The notes below the pieces were generated by a model. It saw only the letters and a program-made list of their open reading frames with translations, made no database searches and was not told where the DNA came from. A stretch of DNA of 64,000 nt from Cyanobacteria bacterium J06626_4 (GTDB lineage Bacteria > Cyanobacteriota > Cyanobacteriia > Phormidesmidales > Phormidesmidaceae): positions 1 through 64,000 of the forward strand of contig JBCBJQ010000019.1 of assembly GCA_038523235.1 (NCBI GenBank), in the 5' to 3' direction. Shown one piece after another: positions 19,528 to 31,669 of the stretch. How positions within the stretch are numbered: the stretch's first letter is position 1; each line of letters starts with the position of its first letter. The translations under genes were made by a program, and so were the position numbers.

Positions 19528-20721
19528 ATGGTTATTTATTTAGACAACAACGCCACCACCCGAATTGACCCAGCTGTGGTGGAGGCGATGCTGCCTTACC
19601 TGACCGAGCTGTATGGCAACCCTTCGTCAATGCACAGCTTTGGGGGCCAGGTCGGGGCATCCGTGCAAGATGCGCGCGAAAAAGTCGCCGCTCTGCTCGG
19701 GGCCGAAGATACCGAAATCATTTTCAATAGCTGCGGCAGTGAAGGCAACAATACTGCCATTCACGCGGCGCTGGCTGCCCAACCCGAGAAGCGCCACATC
19801 GTCACTACCGCCGTCGAGCACCCGGCCATTCTGAATGTGTGTAAGCACTTGGAAAAGAAGGGCTACACCGTCACTTACCTCTCGGTGGATGGGCGCGGTC
19901 AGCTGGACCTGATGGAGCTGGAAGCTGCCATGACCGGCGGCACCGCCCTCGTCACCACGATGTACGCCAACAACGAAACGGGAGTGATTTTCCCGGTCGA
20001 AGAGATTGGGGCGATCGCCCATGAATACGGCGCTACCTTCCATGTGGACGCCGTGCAGGCGGTGGGTAAAGTCGCCATTGACCTGAGCACCAGCACCATC
20101 GACTTGCTGACGCTCTCCGGTCACAAGCTGCATGCCCCCAAAGGGATTGGCGCACTGTATGTGCGACGGGGCTTCCGGTTCCGGCCCTTCCTGCTCGGTG
20201 GCCACCAAGAACGGGGCCGTCGGGCCGGGACGCAAAACGTGCCGGGTATCGTTGCCTTGGGCAAAGCGGCCGAACTGGCCCAACGTGACCTGCGCAATGC
20301 CCCTAAGGAAGCTTGGCTGCGCGACTGTCTAGAGCGTGAACTGCTGGCCAACATTCCCGATTGTGAGGTCAACGGCGGTGGCTCGCCCCGATTGCCCAAC
20401 ACCACCAACATTGGCTTCAAATACATCGAAGGCGAAGCCATTCTGTACATGCTCAACCGCGAAGGCATCTGCGCCTCCTCCGGTTCGGCTTGTACGTCGG
20501 GTTCCCTCGACCCGTCCCACGTGCTGACGGCGATGGGTTTGCCTTACACCATCTTGCACGGCTCGATTCGCTTCAGCCTGTCGCGCTTCACTACCGAAAG
20601 CGATGTGCAGCATGTGCTGGCGGTGATGCCCGGCATTGTTGAAAAACTGCGGGCGATGTCGCCTTTCAACAACGACCAGGCTGAGTGGCTGCAAGAACGC
20701 GATGTGGCTGTTGCCACATAG
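19528..20721 (+). CDS. nifS: Cysteine desulfurase
   Basis: IYLDNNATT, SGHKLHAPKG, SSGSACTS. Confidence 0.97.
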   Translation: MVIYLDNNATTRIDPAVVEAMLPYLTELYGNPSSMHSFGGQVGASVQDAREKVAALLGAEDTEIIFNSCGSEGNNTAIHAALAAQPEKRHIVTTAVEHPAILNVCKHLEKKGYTVTYLSVDGRGQLDLMELEAAMTGGTALVTTMYANNETGVIFPVEEIGAIAHEYGATFHVDAVQAVGKVAIDLSTSTIDLLTLSGHKLHAPKGIGALYVRRGFRFRPFLLGGHQERGRRAGTQNVPGIVALGKAAELAQRDLRNAPKEAWLRDCLERELLANIPDCEVNGGGSPRLPNTTNIGFKYIEGEAILYMLNREGICASSGSACTSGSLDPSHVLTAMGLPYTILHGSIRFSLSRFTTESDVQHVLAVMPGIVEKLRAMSPFNNDQAEWLQERDVAVAT

Positions 20722-20816
20722 GGCACAGATGACAGGGAACAAGGCCACAGAAACTCCCTATTCCCCCAATCCCGACTCTCTCTCCCTCCTGTTCACCCTC
20801 ACCCCCCGAAACTGCC

Positions 20817-21725
20817 ATGTGGGACTACTCAGAAAAAGTACTCGACCTGTTCTATAACCCCCTGAACCAGGGGGCCATTGAAAATCCTGATCAGCCTGAT
20901 GTAGCAGTGGTCTATGGCGAAGTGGGCAGCATTGCCTGCGGGGATGCCTTGAGACTGCACCTCAAGGTTCAGGTGTCAGCGGATGAGATTTTGGATGCCC
21001 GGTTCCAAACCTTTGGCTGCACGAGTGCGATCGCCTCTTCCTCGGCCCTGACTGAAATCATCAAAGGCAAAACGTTAGACGAAGCGCTCAACATCTCCAA
21101 TCAGGACATTGCTGACTTTCTCGGCGGCCTGCCGGAAGCCAAGATGCACTGCTCGGTGATGGGGCAAGAAGCCCTGGAAGCCGCCATCTACAAATATCGC
21201 GGTATTGAAGTCAAGCACGATGACGATGACGAAGGTAGCCTAATTTGCCAGTGCTACGGCATCACTGAGCCGAAAATTCGCCGAGTCATCATCGAAAACG
21301 ACCTCAATGATGTTGAGCAAGTCACCAGCTATATCAAGGCGGGGGGCGGCTGTGGCTCTTGCCTCGCGGGCATTGAAGACATCCTGATCGAAGTGCAGCA
21401 AGAGCGTGATGCGGTCCCTGGTCGAGTGGCGGCCGAAATCGCGATCGCCCAGATTGACGAAACCGCCGCGCCGCGCCATCTCACCACCGTGCAAAAAATC
21501 AAGCTGATTCAGCAGGTGCTGGATACCGAGATTCGGCCCATCCTCATGGCCGACGGCGGTGATGTTGAACTGTTTGACGTCGAGGGCGATCGCGTTCAGG
21601 TCACGCTCAAAGGCGCTTGTGGCGGCTGCGCCAGCAGCACTGCCACCCTCAAAAATTCCATCGAGGCCAAGTTAAAGGATCTGGTCTTACCCAGCCTCAC
21701 GGTTGAAGAAGTCCCGGTGCTCTAA
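20817..21725 (+). CDS. nifU: Fe-S scaffold protein
   Basis: MWDYSEKV, ACGD, FGC, KMHCSVM, central GGGCGSC, C-terminal GACGGC. Confidence 0.97.
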   Translation: MWDYSEKVLDLFYNPLNQGAIENPDQPDVAVVYGEVGSIACGDALRLHLKVQVSADEILDARFQTFGCTSAIASSSALTEIIKGKTLDEALNISNQDIADFLGGLPEAKMHCSVMGQEALEAAIYKYRGIEVKHDDDDEGSLICQCYGITEPKIRRVIIENDLNDVEQVTSYIKAGGGCGSCLAGIEDILIEVQQERDAVPGRVAAEIAIAQIDETAAPRHLTTVQKIKLIQQVLDTEIRPILMADGGDVELFDVEGDRVQVTLKGACGGCASSTATLKNSIEAKLKDLVLPSLTVEEVPVL

Positions 21726-21870
21726 ATTTCGCCAGCCTCGCTCCTGCCTCTTCTGACCCTCTACTTCCCACTCGCCATGAACACACTTTCGACAGCCCTA
21801 CACTTCGGGCGATCGCCACCCGCCTGACCCCGAAGTCTCCAGAAATCAGCTTTTCACCCTTGATTTCTGA

Positions 21871-22803
<933 letters not shown>

Positions 22804-22819
22804 ACCGTTTTGCTCAAGC

Positions 22820-22869
22820 AACCGGGCGGCGCTGAGCGGCCTCTCACCCGGCCCAACAGCGCCCCGGTT
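22820..22869 (+). other. Stem-loop in the nifH-nifD intergenic region
   Basis: aaccggg..gcgctg ... cagcgc..ccggtt imperfect inverted repeat. Confidence 0.55.
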
Positions 22870-22912
22870 GCTGACTTCCTCTCCACTCACTCACCCTACC
22901 TAAGAGGTCACC

Positions 22913-24358
22913 ATGGCCACCGTAGAAGATCGCAAAGCGCTCGTCCAGGAAGTCCTGGAAGCGTATCCCGCCAAAGCTAAAAAGAGCCGCTCCAAGCACC
23001 TGAACGTAACTGAAGCAGACGCGTCCGACTGCGGCGTCAAGTCCAACAAAAAGTCTGTTCCTGGCGTAATGACCACCCGTGGCTGTGCCTATGCAGGGGC
23101 TAAGGGTGTGGTCTGGGGGCCGGTTAAAGACATGATTCACATCAGCCACGGTCCGGTGGGCTGCGGCTACTACTCCTGGTCTGGTCGTCGTAACTATTAC
23201 ATCGGCACCACGGGGGTTGATACCTTCGGCACGATGCAGTTCACCTCTGATTTCCAAGAGCGTGACATCGTGTTTGGGGGAGACAAAAAGCTCGACAAGC
23301 TGATTGATGAACTCGAAGTGCTCTTTCCCCTCAGTAAGGGCACCACGATTGAATCGGAATGTCCGGTAGGCTTGATCGGTGATGACATCGAAGCCGTCGC
23401 CCGTAAGCAAGCTAAGAAAACTGGCAAGCCGGTAGTCCCCGTTCGTTGTGAAGGTTTCCGCGGCGTTTCGCAATCGCTGGGTCACCACATTGCCAACGAC
23501 ACCGTGCGAGATTGGGTGCTGCCCAAGGCCGATGAGTATCGGCAAACCCCTGAAGGGTTTGAGCCTGGCCCCTACGATGTCAACATCATTGGTGACTACA
23601 ACATCGGTGGTGATGCTTGGCCCAGCCGCTTATTGCTAGAGGCGATCGGCCTGCGCGTCATCTGTCAGTTCTCGGGTGATGGCACCTTTAACGAAGTGGT
23701 GATGACGCCCCTGGCGAAGATGAACCTGATCCACTGTTATCGCTCGATGAACTACATCTGCCGCTTCATGGAAGAGAAGTATCAGATCCCCTGGTTGGAG
23801 TACAACTTCTTTGGCCCCACCCAAATCGCCAAATCATTGCGCAAGATTGCGGCTCAGTTTGACGAAACCATCCAAGCGAAAGCAGAGGAAGTGATCGCCA
23901 GCTTCCAGCCCCGGATGGACGCCATCCTGGATAAGTATCGCGCTCGTCTCGAAGGTAAGGAAGTGATGATGATGGTGGGTGGCCTGCGGCCTCGCCACGT
24001 TGTCCCCGCCTTTGAAGACTTGGGAATGAAGGTGATCGGTACGGGCTATGAGTTCGGTCACGGCGATGACTACAAGCGGACTGCTGACTATGTCGGCGAA
24101 GGCACCGTCATTTATGACGACGTCAGTGGCTTTGAGTTTGAAGAACTCGCCAAGCAGATGAAGCCCGACCTGATCGCTGCTGGCATCAAAGAGAAGTATG
24201 TCTTCCAGAAGATGGCGCTGCCCTTCCGCCAGATGCACTCCTGGGATTATTCCGGTCCGTATCACGGCTACGAAGGCTTTGAAGTCTTTGCCCGCGACAT
24301 GGATATGGCGATCAACAACCCCACCTGGAGTTTAGTCAACGCCCCTTGGGCTGAGTAG
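22913..24358 (+). CDS. nifD: Nitrogenase MoFe protein alpha chain, uninterrupted
   Basis: [32 protein letters not shown]. Confidence 0.99.
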   Translation: MATVEDRKALVQEVLEAYPAKAKKSRSKHLNVTEADASDCGVKSNKKSVPGVMTTRGCAYAGAKGVVWGPVKDMIHISHGPVGCGYYSWSGRRNYYIGTTGVDTFGTMQFTSDFQERDIVFGGDKKLDKLIDELEVLFPLSKGTTIESECPVGLIGDDIEAVARKQAKKTGKPVVPVRCEGFRGVSQSLGHHIANDTVRDWVLPKADEYRQTPEGFEPGPYDVNIIGDYNIGGDAWPSRLLLEAIGLRVICQFSGDGTFNEVVMTPLAKMNLIHCYRSMNYICRFMEEKYQIPWLEYNFFGPTQIAKSLRKIAAQFDETIQAKAEEVIASFQPRMDAILDKYRARLEGKEVMMMVGGLRPRHVVPAFEDLGMKVIGTGYEFGHGDDYKRTADYVGEGTVIYDDVSGFEFEELAKQMKPDLIAAGIKEKYVFQKMALPFRQMHSWDYSGPYHGYEGFEVFARDMDMAINNPTWSLVNAPWAE

Positions 24359-24476
24359 GGGAGTCATGAGTAGGGGGTTCAATCAACCCGATCCCTCTAC
24401 TCTCTACCCTCTTCTACCCGCCACTCATCCACGCTTTTACCCCCCTCACTCATCCACCGCTCCCGAGGAGAACACC

Positions 24477-26045
24477 ATGACTGAGAACACCAATCCCCAA
24501 GTGCCGGCGAACCCGTCTGAGCCGGGCAAGATTCAAGACCACTTCGATCTGTTCCATACCGATACGTACCAAGATCTATTTGAGTACAAGCGTCAGTTTG
24601 AAGGGGCGCACGATCGCGACCTCGTTACCGAAACTGCTGAATGGACTAAGAGCTGGGAATATCGCGAAAAGAACTTTTCGCGGGAAGCGCTGACCATCAA
24701 CCCGGCTAAAGCCTGTCAGCCTTTGGGTTCGCTGTTTGTGGCTGCCGGGTTTGAAGGCACGCTGCCCTACAGCCATGGTTCGCAAGGCTGTGTGGCGTAC
24801 TTCCGCACTCACTTGACCAGAAACTACAAAGAGCCCTTCCAGGCCGTTTCCTCCTCTATGACCGAGGATGCTGCGGTATTTGGTGGCCTCAATAACCTCA
24901 AGAATGGCTTGCAGAACTCCTACGCCCTCTATAAGCCCAAGATGATTGCCCTCTGCACCACCTGTATGGCTGAGGTCATTGGGGATGACATTGGTGCCTT
25001 CATTCAGACGGCGAAGAATGAAGAGCTGATTCCCGAAGATTTGCCGGTGCCAGCAGCGCACACGCCGAGCTTTGTGGGGTCTCACATCACGGGTTACGAC
25101 AATATGCTGGTGAGCATCCTCAAGACGCTGACCGCAGGCAAGAAAGCGGAAACCACCAACGGTAAGTTCAACTTCAACCTGGGCTTTGACGCCTACATTG
25201 GCAACCTGCGCGAACTGAAGCGGATTCTGGGCCTGTTTGGCATCGACTACACCATCCTCTCGGACAACTCCGATACGTTTGATTCGCCCAACACTGGCGA
25301 ATTCAAGATGTACAACGGGTTGACCACGCTCGAAGAGGCCGGTGACTCGATCAATGCGGAAGGCAGCTTCTTCTTCCAGAAGTACACCACGCCCAAGACT
25401 CAGGAATACATCACGAAGGAATGGGAGCAAAAGACCTATAACTTCCGTCCCTTCGGCATCAAAGGCACCGACGAATTCTTGATGGCGCTGTCTGCCATCA
25501 CGGGTAAGGCGATTCCTCAAGAGCTGCAGCAAGAGCGGGGTCGCGCCGTGGATGCGATGACTGACTCGCAAGCCTGGATTCACGGCAAGCGTGTGGCCCT
25601 TTACGGCGACCCGGATCATGTGTTTGGCATTACCCAGTTCTTGCTCGAAATGGGGGCTGAGCCCGTCCACATCGTGGTCACCAACAGCAACCCTGACTTC
25701 GAAGCCGAACTGCGGGAAGTGTTGACCAACAGCCCCTACGGCCAAGAGGCCACCATCTGGGGCAAGAAGGATTTGTGGCACCTGCGTTCCTTGATGTTTA
25801 CTGAGCCGGTTGACCTGTTGATTGGCAACTCCTACGGCAAGTACCTCTGGCGTGATACCCATACGCCGCTGGTGCGCATTGGTTATCCGATCTTCGATCG
25901 CCACCACATGCACCGCTACGCCACCTTGGGCTACCAGGGCGCGATCAACCAGTTCAACTGGATCGTCAACACCATCCTTGACGAACTAGATCGCAAGACG
26001 ATCATCCCGTCGAAGACAGACATCTCCTTTGACCTGATCCGTTAA
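24477..26045 (+). CDS. nifK: Nitrogenase MoFe protein beta chain
   Basis: INPAKACQPLG, HGSQGC, TTCMAEVIGDD, SFDLIR; GAGGAG RBS before MTENTN. Confidence 0.99.
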   Translation: MTENTNPQVPANPSEPGKIQDHFDLFHTDTYQDLFEYKRQFEGAHDRDLVTETAEWTKSWEYREKNFSREALTINPAKACQPLGSLFVAAGFEGTLPYSHGSQGCVAYFRTHLTRNYKEPFQAVSSSMTEDAAVFGGLNNLKNGLQNSYALYKPKMIALCTTCMAEVIGDDIGAFIQTAKNEELIPEDLPVPAAHTPSFVGSHITGYDNMLVSILKTLTAGKKAETTNGKFNFNLGFDAYIGNLRELKRILGLFGIDYTILSDNSDTFDSPNTGEFKMYNGLTTLEEAGDSINAEGSFFFQKYTTPKTQEYITKEWEQKTYNFRPFGIKGTDEFLMALSAITGKAIPQELQQERGRAVDAMTDSQAWIHGKRVALYGDPDHVFGITQFLLEMGAEPVHIVVTNSNPDFEAELREVLTNSPYGQEATIWGKKDLWHLRSLMFTEPVDLLIGNSYGKYLWRDTHTPLVRIGYPIFDRHHMHRYATLGYQGAINQFNWIVNTILDELDRKTIIPSKTDISFDLIR

Positions 26046-26060
26046 AGGGTGGGTGGGTGA

Positions 26061-26114
26061 AGGGTTCGAGGTTCAAGGTGGGGGCTTAATGTTTCCCCTT
26101 GAACCTTGAACCCT
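26061..26114 (+). terminator. Strong stem-loop after nifK (terminator or 3' stabiliser)
   Basis: agggttcgaggttcaagg pairs with ccttgaaccttgaaccct. Confidence 0.65.
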
Positions 26115-26178
26115 AGACCTTAATTCTTCCGCTTCCGCCTGATATTTCTCCATTCTTGATCCTTCATCCTTGATTCCC

Positions 26179-26475
26179 ATGAAACTCAGCGAAGAAGTCG
26201 AACTTGACGGTCCCCCCCTTTACGACATGGGTAGCCGCGTCCGCGTCAAAAAGGTCATCCGCAACGATGGCACTTTTCCGGGTAAAGACATCGGCTTCCA
26301 CCTCGCCAAAAAGGGCGACGTTGGCTACATCGTGGGCATTGGCACCTATCTGCAGCGCGCCTACATCTATTCCGTTCACTTTATTGAAAGCAACTATGTC
26401 GTTGGTTGCCTCAGTCGCGAACTCGAGCTGACAGACGACGACTACAAGCCGTTGATTCCCCAAGAAGACTGGTAA
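26179..26475 (+). CDS. nifZ: NifZ
   Basis: IRNDGTFPG...GDVGYIVGIGTYLQ..YIYSVHF...VVGC. Confidence 0.95.
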   Translation: MKLSEEVELDGPPLYDMGSRVRVKKVIRNDGTFPGKDIGFHLAKKGDVGYIVGIGTYLQRAYIYSVHFIESNYVVGCLSRELELTDDDYKPLIPQEDW

Positions 26476-26480
26476 GACCG

Positions 26481-26801
26481 ATGGATACTTTTACTGCTCA
26501 CACTCACCCCCATCCGCCCCTGGCACCGCGCCAACCCCGCCTCGGCCTGTTGAATCCCCTGCGCCGTTGGATCGACCAGATTGAAGTCCGCGATCGCACC
26601 TTTGCCCACCGGGTTTGCCAGGTGATTCCCTGCTGTTGCCCGTTCGAACGCACCTTTGCGGTGCTGGGCCGGGAAATCCACATTCCCGCTCTCTGCGAAC
26701 TCAACCCGATTTACGACGAACTCGTCGGCCTGCGATTTCGCTCTTTGAACTATCTCGCCGATGTCTGCGGAGAAGATATCACCCGCTATATCTGCGATTG
26801 A
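26481..26801 (+). CDS. Mo-dependent nitrogenase C-terminal domain-containing protein
   Basis: PLRRWID...CQVIPCCCPFER...IPALCELNPIYDELVGLRFRSLNYLAD.CGEDI. Confidence 0.85.
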   Translation: MDTFTAHTHPHPPLAPRQPRLGLLNPLRRWIDQIEVRDRTFAHRVCQVIPCCCPFERTFAVLGREIHIPALCELNPIYDELVGLRFRSLNYLADVCGEDITRYICD

Positions 26802-26822
26802 TCGGGGCGATCGCCCCCACCC

Positions 26823-26933
26823 CCGTACGGGCAAGGCATTCTGAACCACACGCACATGCCGTACGGGCGAGGCATTTCGGTTGTCACTGATTGGACGAAC
26901 CAGCAACGTCATTCACGAAATGCCTCGCCCCTG
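26823..26933 (+). repeat. REP/REPIN-like hairpin element (copy 2)
   Basis: ccgtacgggc(a/g)aggcatt twice, then inverted cgaaatgcctcgccc. Confidence 0.8.
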
Positions 26934-27004
26934 CAGTCCCATCCACCCGCCACCCTCTCACTCCGCCGCCCTCTCACTCCGCCGCCCCTTACCGCCCCAC
27001 CGCC

Positions 27005-29878
27005 ATGAAAATGACCTCTGGGAAAATCAATGAGCTCTTGACCCAGCCGGGTTGCGAGCATAATCACAAAAAAGAAGGCAAGGGTAAAAACAAAGCTTGT
27101 CAGCAACAAGCTCAGCCCGGTGCCGCCCAGGGTGGCTGTGCCTTTGATGGTGCCAGCATTGCCCTCGTCCCCATTACTGACGTCGCGCATCTGGTACACG
27201 GCCCGATCGCCTGTGCCGGTAACTCGTGGGGCAGTCGGGGCAGTCTGTCCTCTGGCCCCATGATCTACAAAATGGGGTTCACCACGGATCTGAGCGAAAA
27301 CGACATCATCTTTGGCGGAGAAAAGAAGCTCTACAAAGCGGTGCGGGAAGTCAAGGAACGCTATAACCCCGCTGCTGTATTTGTCTACCTCACCTGCGTC
27401 ACGGCGCTGATTGGCGATGATTTGGATGCGGTGTGTAAGGCCGCCAGCGAAAAATTTGAGATTCCGGTGATTCCCGTCAGTTCTCCGGGCTTTGTCGGCA
27501 GCAAGAACCTGGGTAACCGCATCGGTGGTGAGGCGCTGCTGGAGTACGTGGTCGGCACCGGCGAACCGGAATATACCACCCCCTTCGACATCAACCTGAT
27601 TGGCGAATACAACATCGCGGGTGAGATGTGGGGCGTCACGCCGCTGCTGGAAAAAGTGGGCATTCGCGTGCTCTCGAAAATTACCGGTGATGCTCGCTAT
27701 CAGGAAATCACTTATGCTCACCGGGCCAAGCTCAACGTGATGATCTGCTCGAAAGCGCTGATCAACATGGCCCACAAAATGCAGGAGCGCTACGACATTC
27801 CCTATATCGAAGCGTCGATTTACGGCGTGGAGGATATCAACAATCTGCTGCGGGCGATCGCCGCCCACTTCAACGACGAGGCTTTGAAGGCCCGCGTGGA
27901 AGCCCTCATCGTTGAAGAAACCGCTCGGCTCACCGACGCCTTAGCCCCCTACCGTGAACGCTTACTAGGCAAGCGCGTTGTCCTTTACACCGGTGGGGTT
28001 AAGAGCTGGTCCATCATCTCGGCGGCCCATGACTTGGGCATCGATGTCGTGGCCACGAGCACCAAAAAGAGCACCGAAGAAGACAAAGCCCGCATCAAAA
28101 ACCTGCTCGGCAAAGACGGCATGATGCTGCAAAAGGGCAATGCTCAAGAACTGCTGAAGGTCATCGCTAAAACCAAAGCTGACATGCTGATCGCGGGCGG
28201 GCGCAACCAATACACTGCCCTCAAAGCGCGGATTCCGTTTCTCGACATCAACCAAGAACGCCACCACCCTTACGCCGGGTACATCGGCATGATTGAGATG
28301 GCCAAGGAACTGGACGAAGCCCTGCACAGCCCCATTTGGGAGCAGGTGCGTCGGGTGGCTCCTTGGGAGCAAAAAGATGATGGCTTAGGCGAGCCGGTGT
28401 TGGGAGTGGGGCAGAACGTCCTCGAACCCCACGCTGCTGTGCAAGAGCCTCTCGCCCCGGCTCCCACCAAAGTGGTCTCTCGCCGCAAAGGCGTGGCCGT
28501 TAATCCACTGAAGCAAAGCCAACCCCTTGGGGCGGCCCTCGCCTACCTGGGCGTCAAAGGCATCATGCCGCTGTTCCACGGGTCGCAAGGCTGTACAGCC
28601 TTTGCCAAGGTGATGCTGGTGCGCCACTTCCGGGAAGCGATTCCCCTTTCCACCACGGCCATGACCGAGGTCTCCACCATTCTCGGCGGTGAGGACAATG
28701 TGGAAACGGCGCTCCTGACGCTGATCGAAAAGTCTCAGCCCGAAATCGTGGGGCTCTGTACCACCGGCCTGACGGAAACGCGGGGCGATGATATGGATGG
28801 CATTTTGCGCACGATTCGTAAGCGTCGTACTGAACTCGCAAACCTGCCGATCGCCTTCGCCTCCACCCCTGACTTTAAGGGGGCTTTGCAAGATGGCTTT
28901 GCCGCTGCTGTGGAAGCCCTGGTGCGAGATATTCCCATCGAGTATGACGACAGTGTTGATGTGGATGCTCTGCACGCTGACCCTTATTACCCCTACGCGG
29001 TGAACGAAACGCAGGCCCAGGTCACAGTGCTCGCCGGGCCATCGCTGGCACCGGGAGATGTGCAGGCAGTCAAAGATATAGTGACAGCGTTTGGCCTGAA
29101 GGCCGTAATGGTGCCCGACTTGTCTCAGTCGCTCGATGGCCATCTGTCCGACGAATATAGTGCGGTGACCAGCGGCGGCACCACGGTCGAAGAGCTGAAG
29201 ACGCTCTATCAGTCACGCTACACGATCGCGATCGGTCACATCATGACCACCGCCGCTGAGATCTTGCAGCAGCGCTTTGGCACTGAGTTCACCGTCTTCA
29301 ACAGCTTGACGGGCTTGAGCGAAGTCGATGTCTTTTTGCAAAAGCTGTCAGCGGTCAGTGGCCAACCCGTGCCCGACAAATATCGGCACCAGCGGCAGCA
29401 ACTGCAAGACGCCATTCTCGACACCCATTTCTTCTTTGGTCGCAAGCGGGTGGCCCTGGCGCTAGAGCCCGATTTACTGCACACCATGGCCTGGTGGCTC
29501 AAGACGACCGGGGCAGAAGTCCACGCTGCCGTTACAACCACTAAATCCAAGCTGCTGAAGGACTTGCCCCTCGATACGGTCACCATTGGCGATTTGGAAG
29601 ACTTTGCCGAGCTAGCGCAAGGGGCCGACCTGCTGATTGGTAACTCCAACGTTAAAGCCATTGCGAAAAAGTTGGACGTGCCGCTTTATCGCTTGGGCTT
29701 CCCCGTGTTCGATCGCCTGGGCAATGGCCGCCGCACCACCGTGGGCTACGACGGGACGACCCAGCTGTTGTTTGACGTCGGCAACTTGTTTTTAGAAGCC
29801 GATGAGGAGAATGCCCACGCGCTGGTGCATAGCTGGCGAGAAGGCCAGGGGGAAATGAGTCACGAGTTGTTGGTATAA
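27005..29878 (+). CDS. nifEN: Fused NifE-NifN FeMo-co scaffold
   Basis: NifE ([18 protein letters not shown]) continues in frame through a linker into NifN ([21 protein letters not shown]). Confidence 0.96.
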   Translation: MKMTSGKINELLTQPGCEHNHKKEGKGKNKACQQQAQPGAAQGGCAFDGASIALVPITDVAHLVHGPIACAGNSWGSRGSLSSGPMIYKMGFTTDLSENDIIFGGEKKLYKAVREVKERYNPAAVFVYLTCVTALIGDDLDAVCKAASEKFEIPVIPVSSPGFVGSKNLGNRIGGEALLEYVVGTGEPEYTTPFDINLIGEYNIAGEMWGVTPLLEKVGIRVLSKITGDARYQEITYAHRAKLNVMICSKALINMAHKMQERYDIPYIEASIYGVEDINNLLRAIAAHFNDEALKARVEALIVEETARLTDALAPYRERLLGKRVVLYTGGVKSWSIISAAHDLGIDVVATSTKKSTEEDKARIKNLLGKDGMMLQKGNAQELLKVIAKTKADMLIAGGRNQYTALKARIPFLDINQERHHPYAGYIGMIEMAKELDEALHSPIWEQVRRVAPWEQKDDGLGEPVLGVGQNVLEPHAAVQEPLAPAPTKVVSRRKGVAVNPLKQSQPLGAALAYLGVKGIMPLFHGSQGCTAFAKVMLVRHFREAIPLSTTAMTEVSTILGGEDNVETALLTLIEKSQPEIVGLCTTGLTETRGDDMDGILRTIRKRRTELANLPIAFASTPDFKGALQDGFAAAVEALVRDIPIEYDDSVDVDALHADPYYPYAVNETQAQVTVLAGPSLAPGDVQAVKDIVTAFGLKAVMVPDLSQSLDGHLSDEYSAVTSGGTTVEELKTLYQSRYTIAIGHIMTTAAEILQQRFGTEFTVFNSLTGLSEVDVFLQKLSAVSGQPVPDKYRHQRQQLQDAILDTHFFFGRKRVALALEPDLLHTMAWWLKTTGAEVHAAVTTTKSKLLKDLPLDTVTIGDLEDFAELAQGADLLIGNSNVKAIAKKLDVPLYRLGFPVFDRLGNGRRTTVGYDGTTQLLFDVGNLFLEADEENAHALVHSWREGQGEMSHELLV

Positions 29879-29943
29879 CCGCCTCTGGTTCTACCCATGC
29901 GCCTCGACGCCCCGCCGCTTGATTTTCCACAAGGAGACCCCTG

Positions 29944-30369
29944 ATGAAAGTTGCATTCACAACCCGAGACTCGGCAACCATTAATGCCCACTTTGGCTCG
30001 GCCAATCGAGTTGATGTCTATGAGGTGGACACCGCAGGCTACACCTTTCTAGAGACGCTGGAATTTGGCGGCAATCTCAAAGAAGACGGCAATGAAGACA
30101 AGCTAGAGCCCAAGGTCAAAGCGCTGGACGGCTGCACCCTGGTCTATGTCTCCGCCATTGGTGGCAGTGCCGCCGCTCGCCTCATTCGCAAAAATATTAC
30201 CCCCGTCAAGGCCCAGACAGAGGCAGATGACATCCAAGACGTGCTGACCCGGTTGGTGGAAACCCTCAACGGCAGTCCGCCCCCCTGGTTACGCAAGGCG
30301 CTGCAAAAGAGTCAGCCCCGCAACTTTGAAGACGATTTTGACACTATCGAGGAGGAAGTACTCGTATGA
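29944..30369 (+). CDS. nifX: NifX
   Basis: MKVAFTT...INAHFGSA...EDKL...SAIGGSAAARL...PPPWLRKAL. Confidence 0.96.
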   Translation: MKVAFTTRDSATINAHFGSANRVDVYEVDTAGYTFLETLEFGGNLKEDGNEDKLEPKVKALDGCTLVYVSAIGGSAAARLIRKNITPVKAQTEADDIQDVLTRLVETLNGSPPPWLRKALQKSQPRNFEDDFDTIEEEVLV

Positions 30370-30845
30370 GCCCCGCACCTGTCGCTGCTGCCCTAGATGC
30401 AGCCCTGCTTGTTGATAACTCGCCTTTCCTAAAGGCGATCGTGCAGCAAATTCGCGCTAACGACCCCTACGGCACCTACCGCAATTGGGCGGATGAGCTG
30501 CTGCTCAAGCCCTATGTGCTCAGCAAAGCCCAAAAGCGCGAGATTTCTGTAGAGGGAGAAGTTGACCTGATTACCCAGAGCCGGGTGATGGCTTTTTACC
30601 GGGCGGTGGCTTATCGCATCGAAGAAGAGTCGGGCCTGCTTTCCCAAGTGGTGATCGACCTGAGCCACGAAGGCTTCGGTTGGGCGCTGGTGTTCTCCGG
30701 ACGGCTCTTGCTCGTTTCCAAAACCTTACGAGATGCCCAACGCTTTGGCTTTGCCTCCCTCGAAAAGCTCAACGACGAAGGCGAAAAGTTAGTCAACAGA
30801 GGGATTGAGCTAGCGCAGCGGTTTCCAGAAGTCGCTGACGTTTAG
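30366..30845 (+). CDS. NifX-associated protein (DUF269)
   Basis: QIRANDPYGTY, DLSHEGFGWAL, LRDAQRFGF. Confidence 0.92.
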   Translation: MSPAPVAAALDAALLVDNSPFLKAIVQQIRANDPYGTYRNWADELLLKPYVLSKAQKREISVEGEVDLITQSRVMAFYRAVAYRIEEESGLLSQVVIDLSHEGFGWALVFSGRLLLVSKTLRDAQRFGFASLEKLNDEGEKLVNRGIELAQRFPEVADV

Positions 30846-30983
30846 AGAGTGGCCGGGTAGCAGGGGATGTTGGCGAAGCCTGCCCAGAGGGCTTGGGTGT
30901 TCCAATCACCGACCGCACCCACTCCACCGACTTCACCCAGCTACTCAGCTACCCAACCACCCAATTACTCCCCCATTCCGCCT

Positions 30984-31208
30984 ATGACTATAGCCACCCC
31001 CACGCCCACCGATATCGAGGCGCTGAAAAAGCAAATCAAGCGGCTCAACAGCAAAGCCGGTCAGATGAAGATGGATCTGCACGATATCGCTGAAGGACTG
31101 CCTAACGACCTGGAACAGCTGCCCGAGGCGGCAGCTCGCACCTACGACATCTACTGCCAACTGCGCGAACTCAAGCAGCAACTTAAAACTTTGGAGGCCA
31201 AGTCATGA
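30984..31208 (+). CDS. CCE_0567-family (DUF683) protein
   Basis: LKKQIKRLNSKAGQMKMDLHDIAEGLP. Confidence 0.9.
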   Translation: MTIATPTPTDIEALKKQIKRLNSKAGQMKMDLHDIAEGLPNDLEQLPEAAARTYDIYCQLRELKQQLKTLEAKS

Positions 31209-31516
31209 CCACCCTATCTCTATCCCAGTTCAACCAGTTGAAAGACGCCGAAGAATATTTTCAGTTTTTTGGCTTGAGCTACGACCCCCAGGTTGTCAAC
31301 GTCAATCGTCTGCATATCCTGCGCAAGTTTTCGCAGTTTGTGCAGGAGGTTGATACTAACCAAAGCGAAGCGGAACTCCTTGCGGCCTACAGCCAGGAAC
31401 TGCGCAACGCCTATGACCTGTTTTTGACCTCTAACTCAGTTGAGCAAAAGCTGTTCAAGGTGTTCCAAGACCGGCCCAGTAACGTGGTCATGGTGTCCGA
31501 CATTGAGGTGGAATAA
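31205..31516 (+). CDS. nifW: NifW
   Basis: DAEEYFQFFGLSYDPQVVNVNRLHILRKF...KLFKVF. Confidence 0.96.
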   Translation: MTTLSLSQFNQLKDAEEYFQFFGLSYDPQVVNVNRLHILRKFSQFVQEVDTNQSEAELLAAYSQELRNAYDLFLTSNSVEQKLFKVFQDRPSNVVMVSDIEVE

Positions 31517-31535
31517 CCTCACCTTGCTCCCTCTG

Positions 31536-31636
31536 GTAAGGGCGAGGCATCCCGTAAGGGCGAGGCATTCTCGGTATCACGTTTTTGGAAATGGCCGATC
31601 CGTTATTTCGAGAATGCCTCGCCCCTGCCTTGCCCC
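31536..31636 (+). repeat. REP/REPIN-like hairpin element (copy 3)
   Basis: gtaagggcgaggcat twice, then inverted cgagaatgcctcgccc. Confidence 0.8.
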
Positions 31637-31669
31637 TCGACTCTCCACTCTCTACCCGCTACTCCCGCC

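Noticed and set aside
24366..24476. Pro-rich N-terminal extensions of NifK (and similarly NifEN, the 2Fe-2S protein and the CCE_0567-family protein)
   Set aside because: They translate intergenic repeat tracts. Downstream ATGs fit better, with a clear GAGGAG RBS in the case of nifK.
24576..25913. 445-aa antisense ORF and other long antisense ORFs over nif genes
   Set aside because: Expected shadows of strongly codon-biased genes, with no recognisable motifs.
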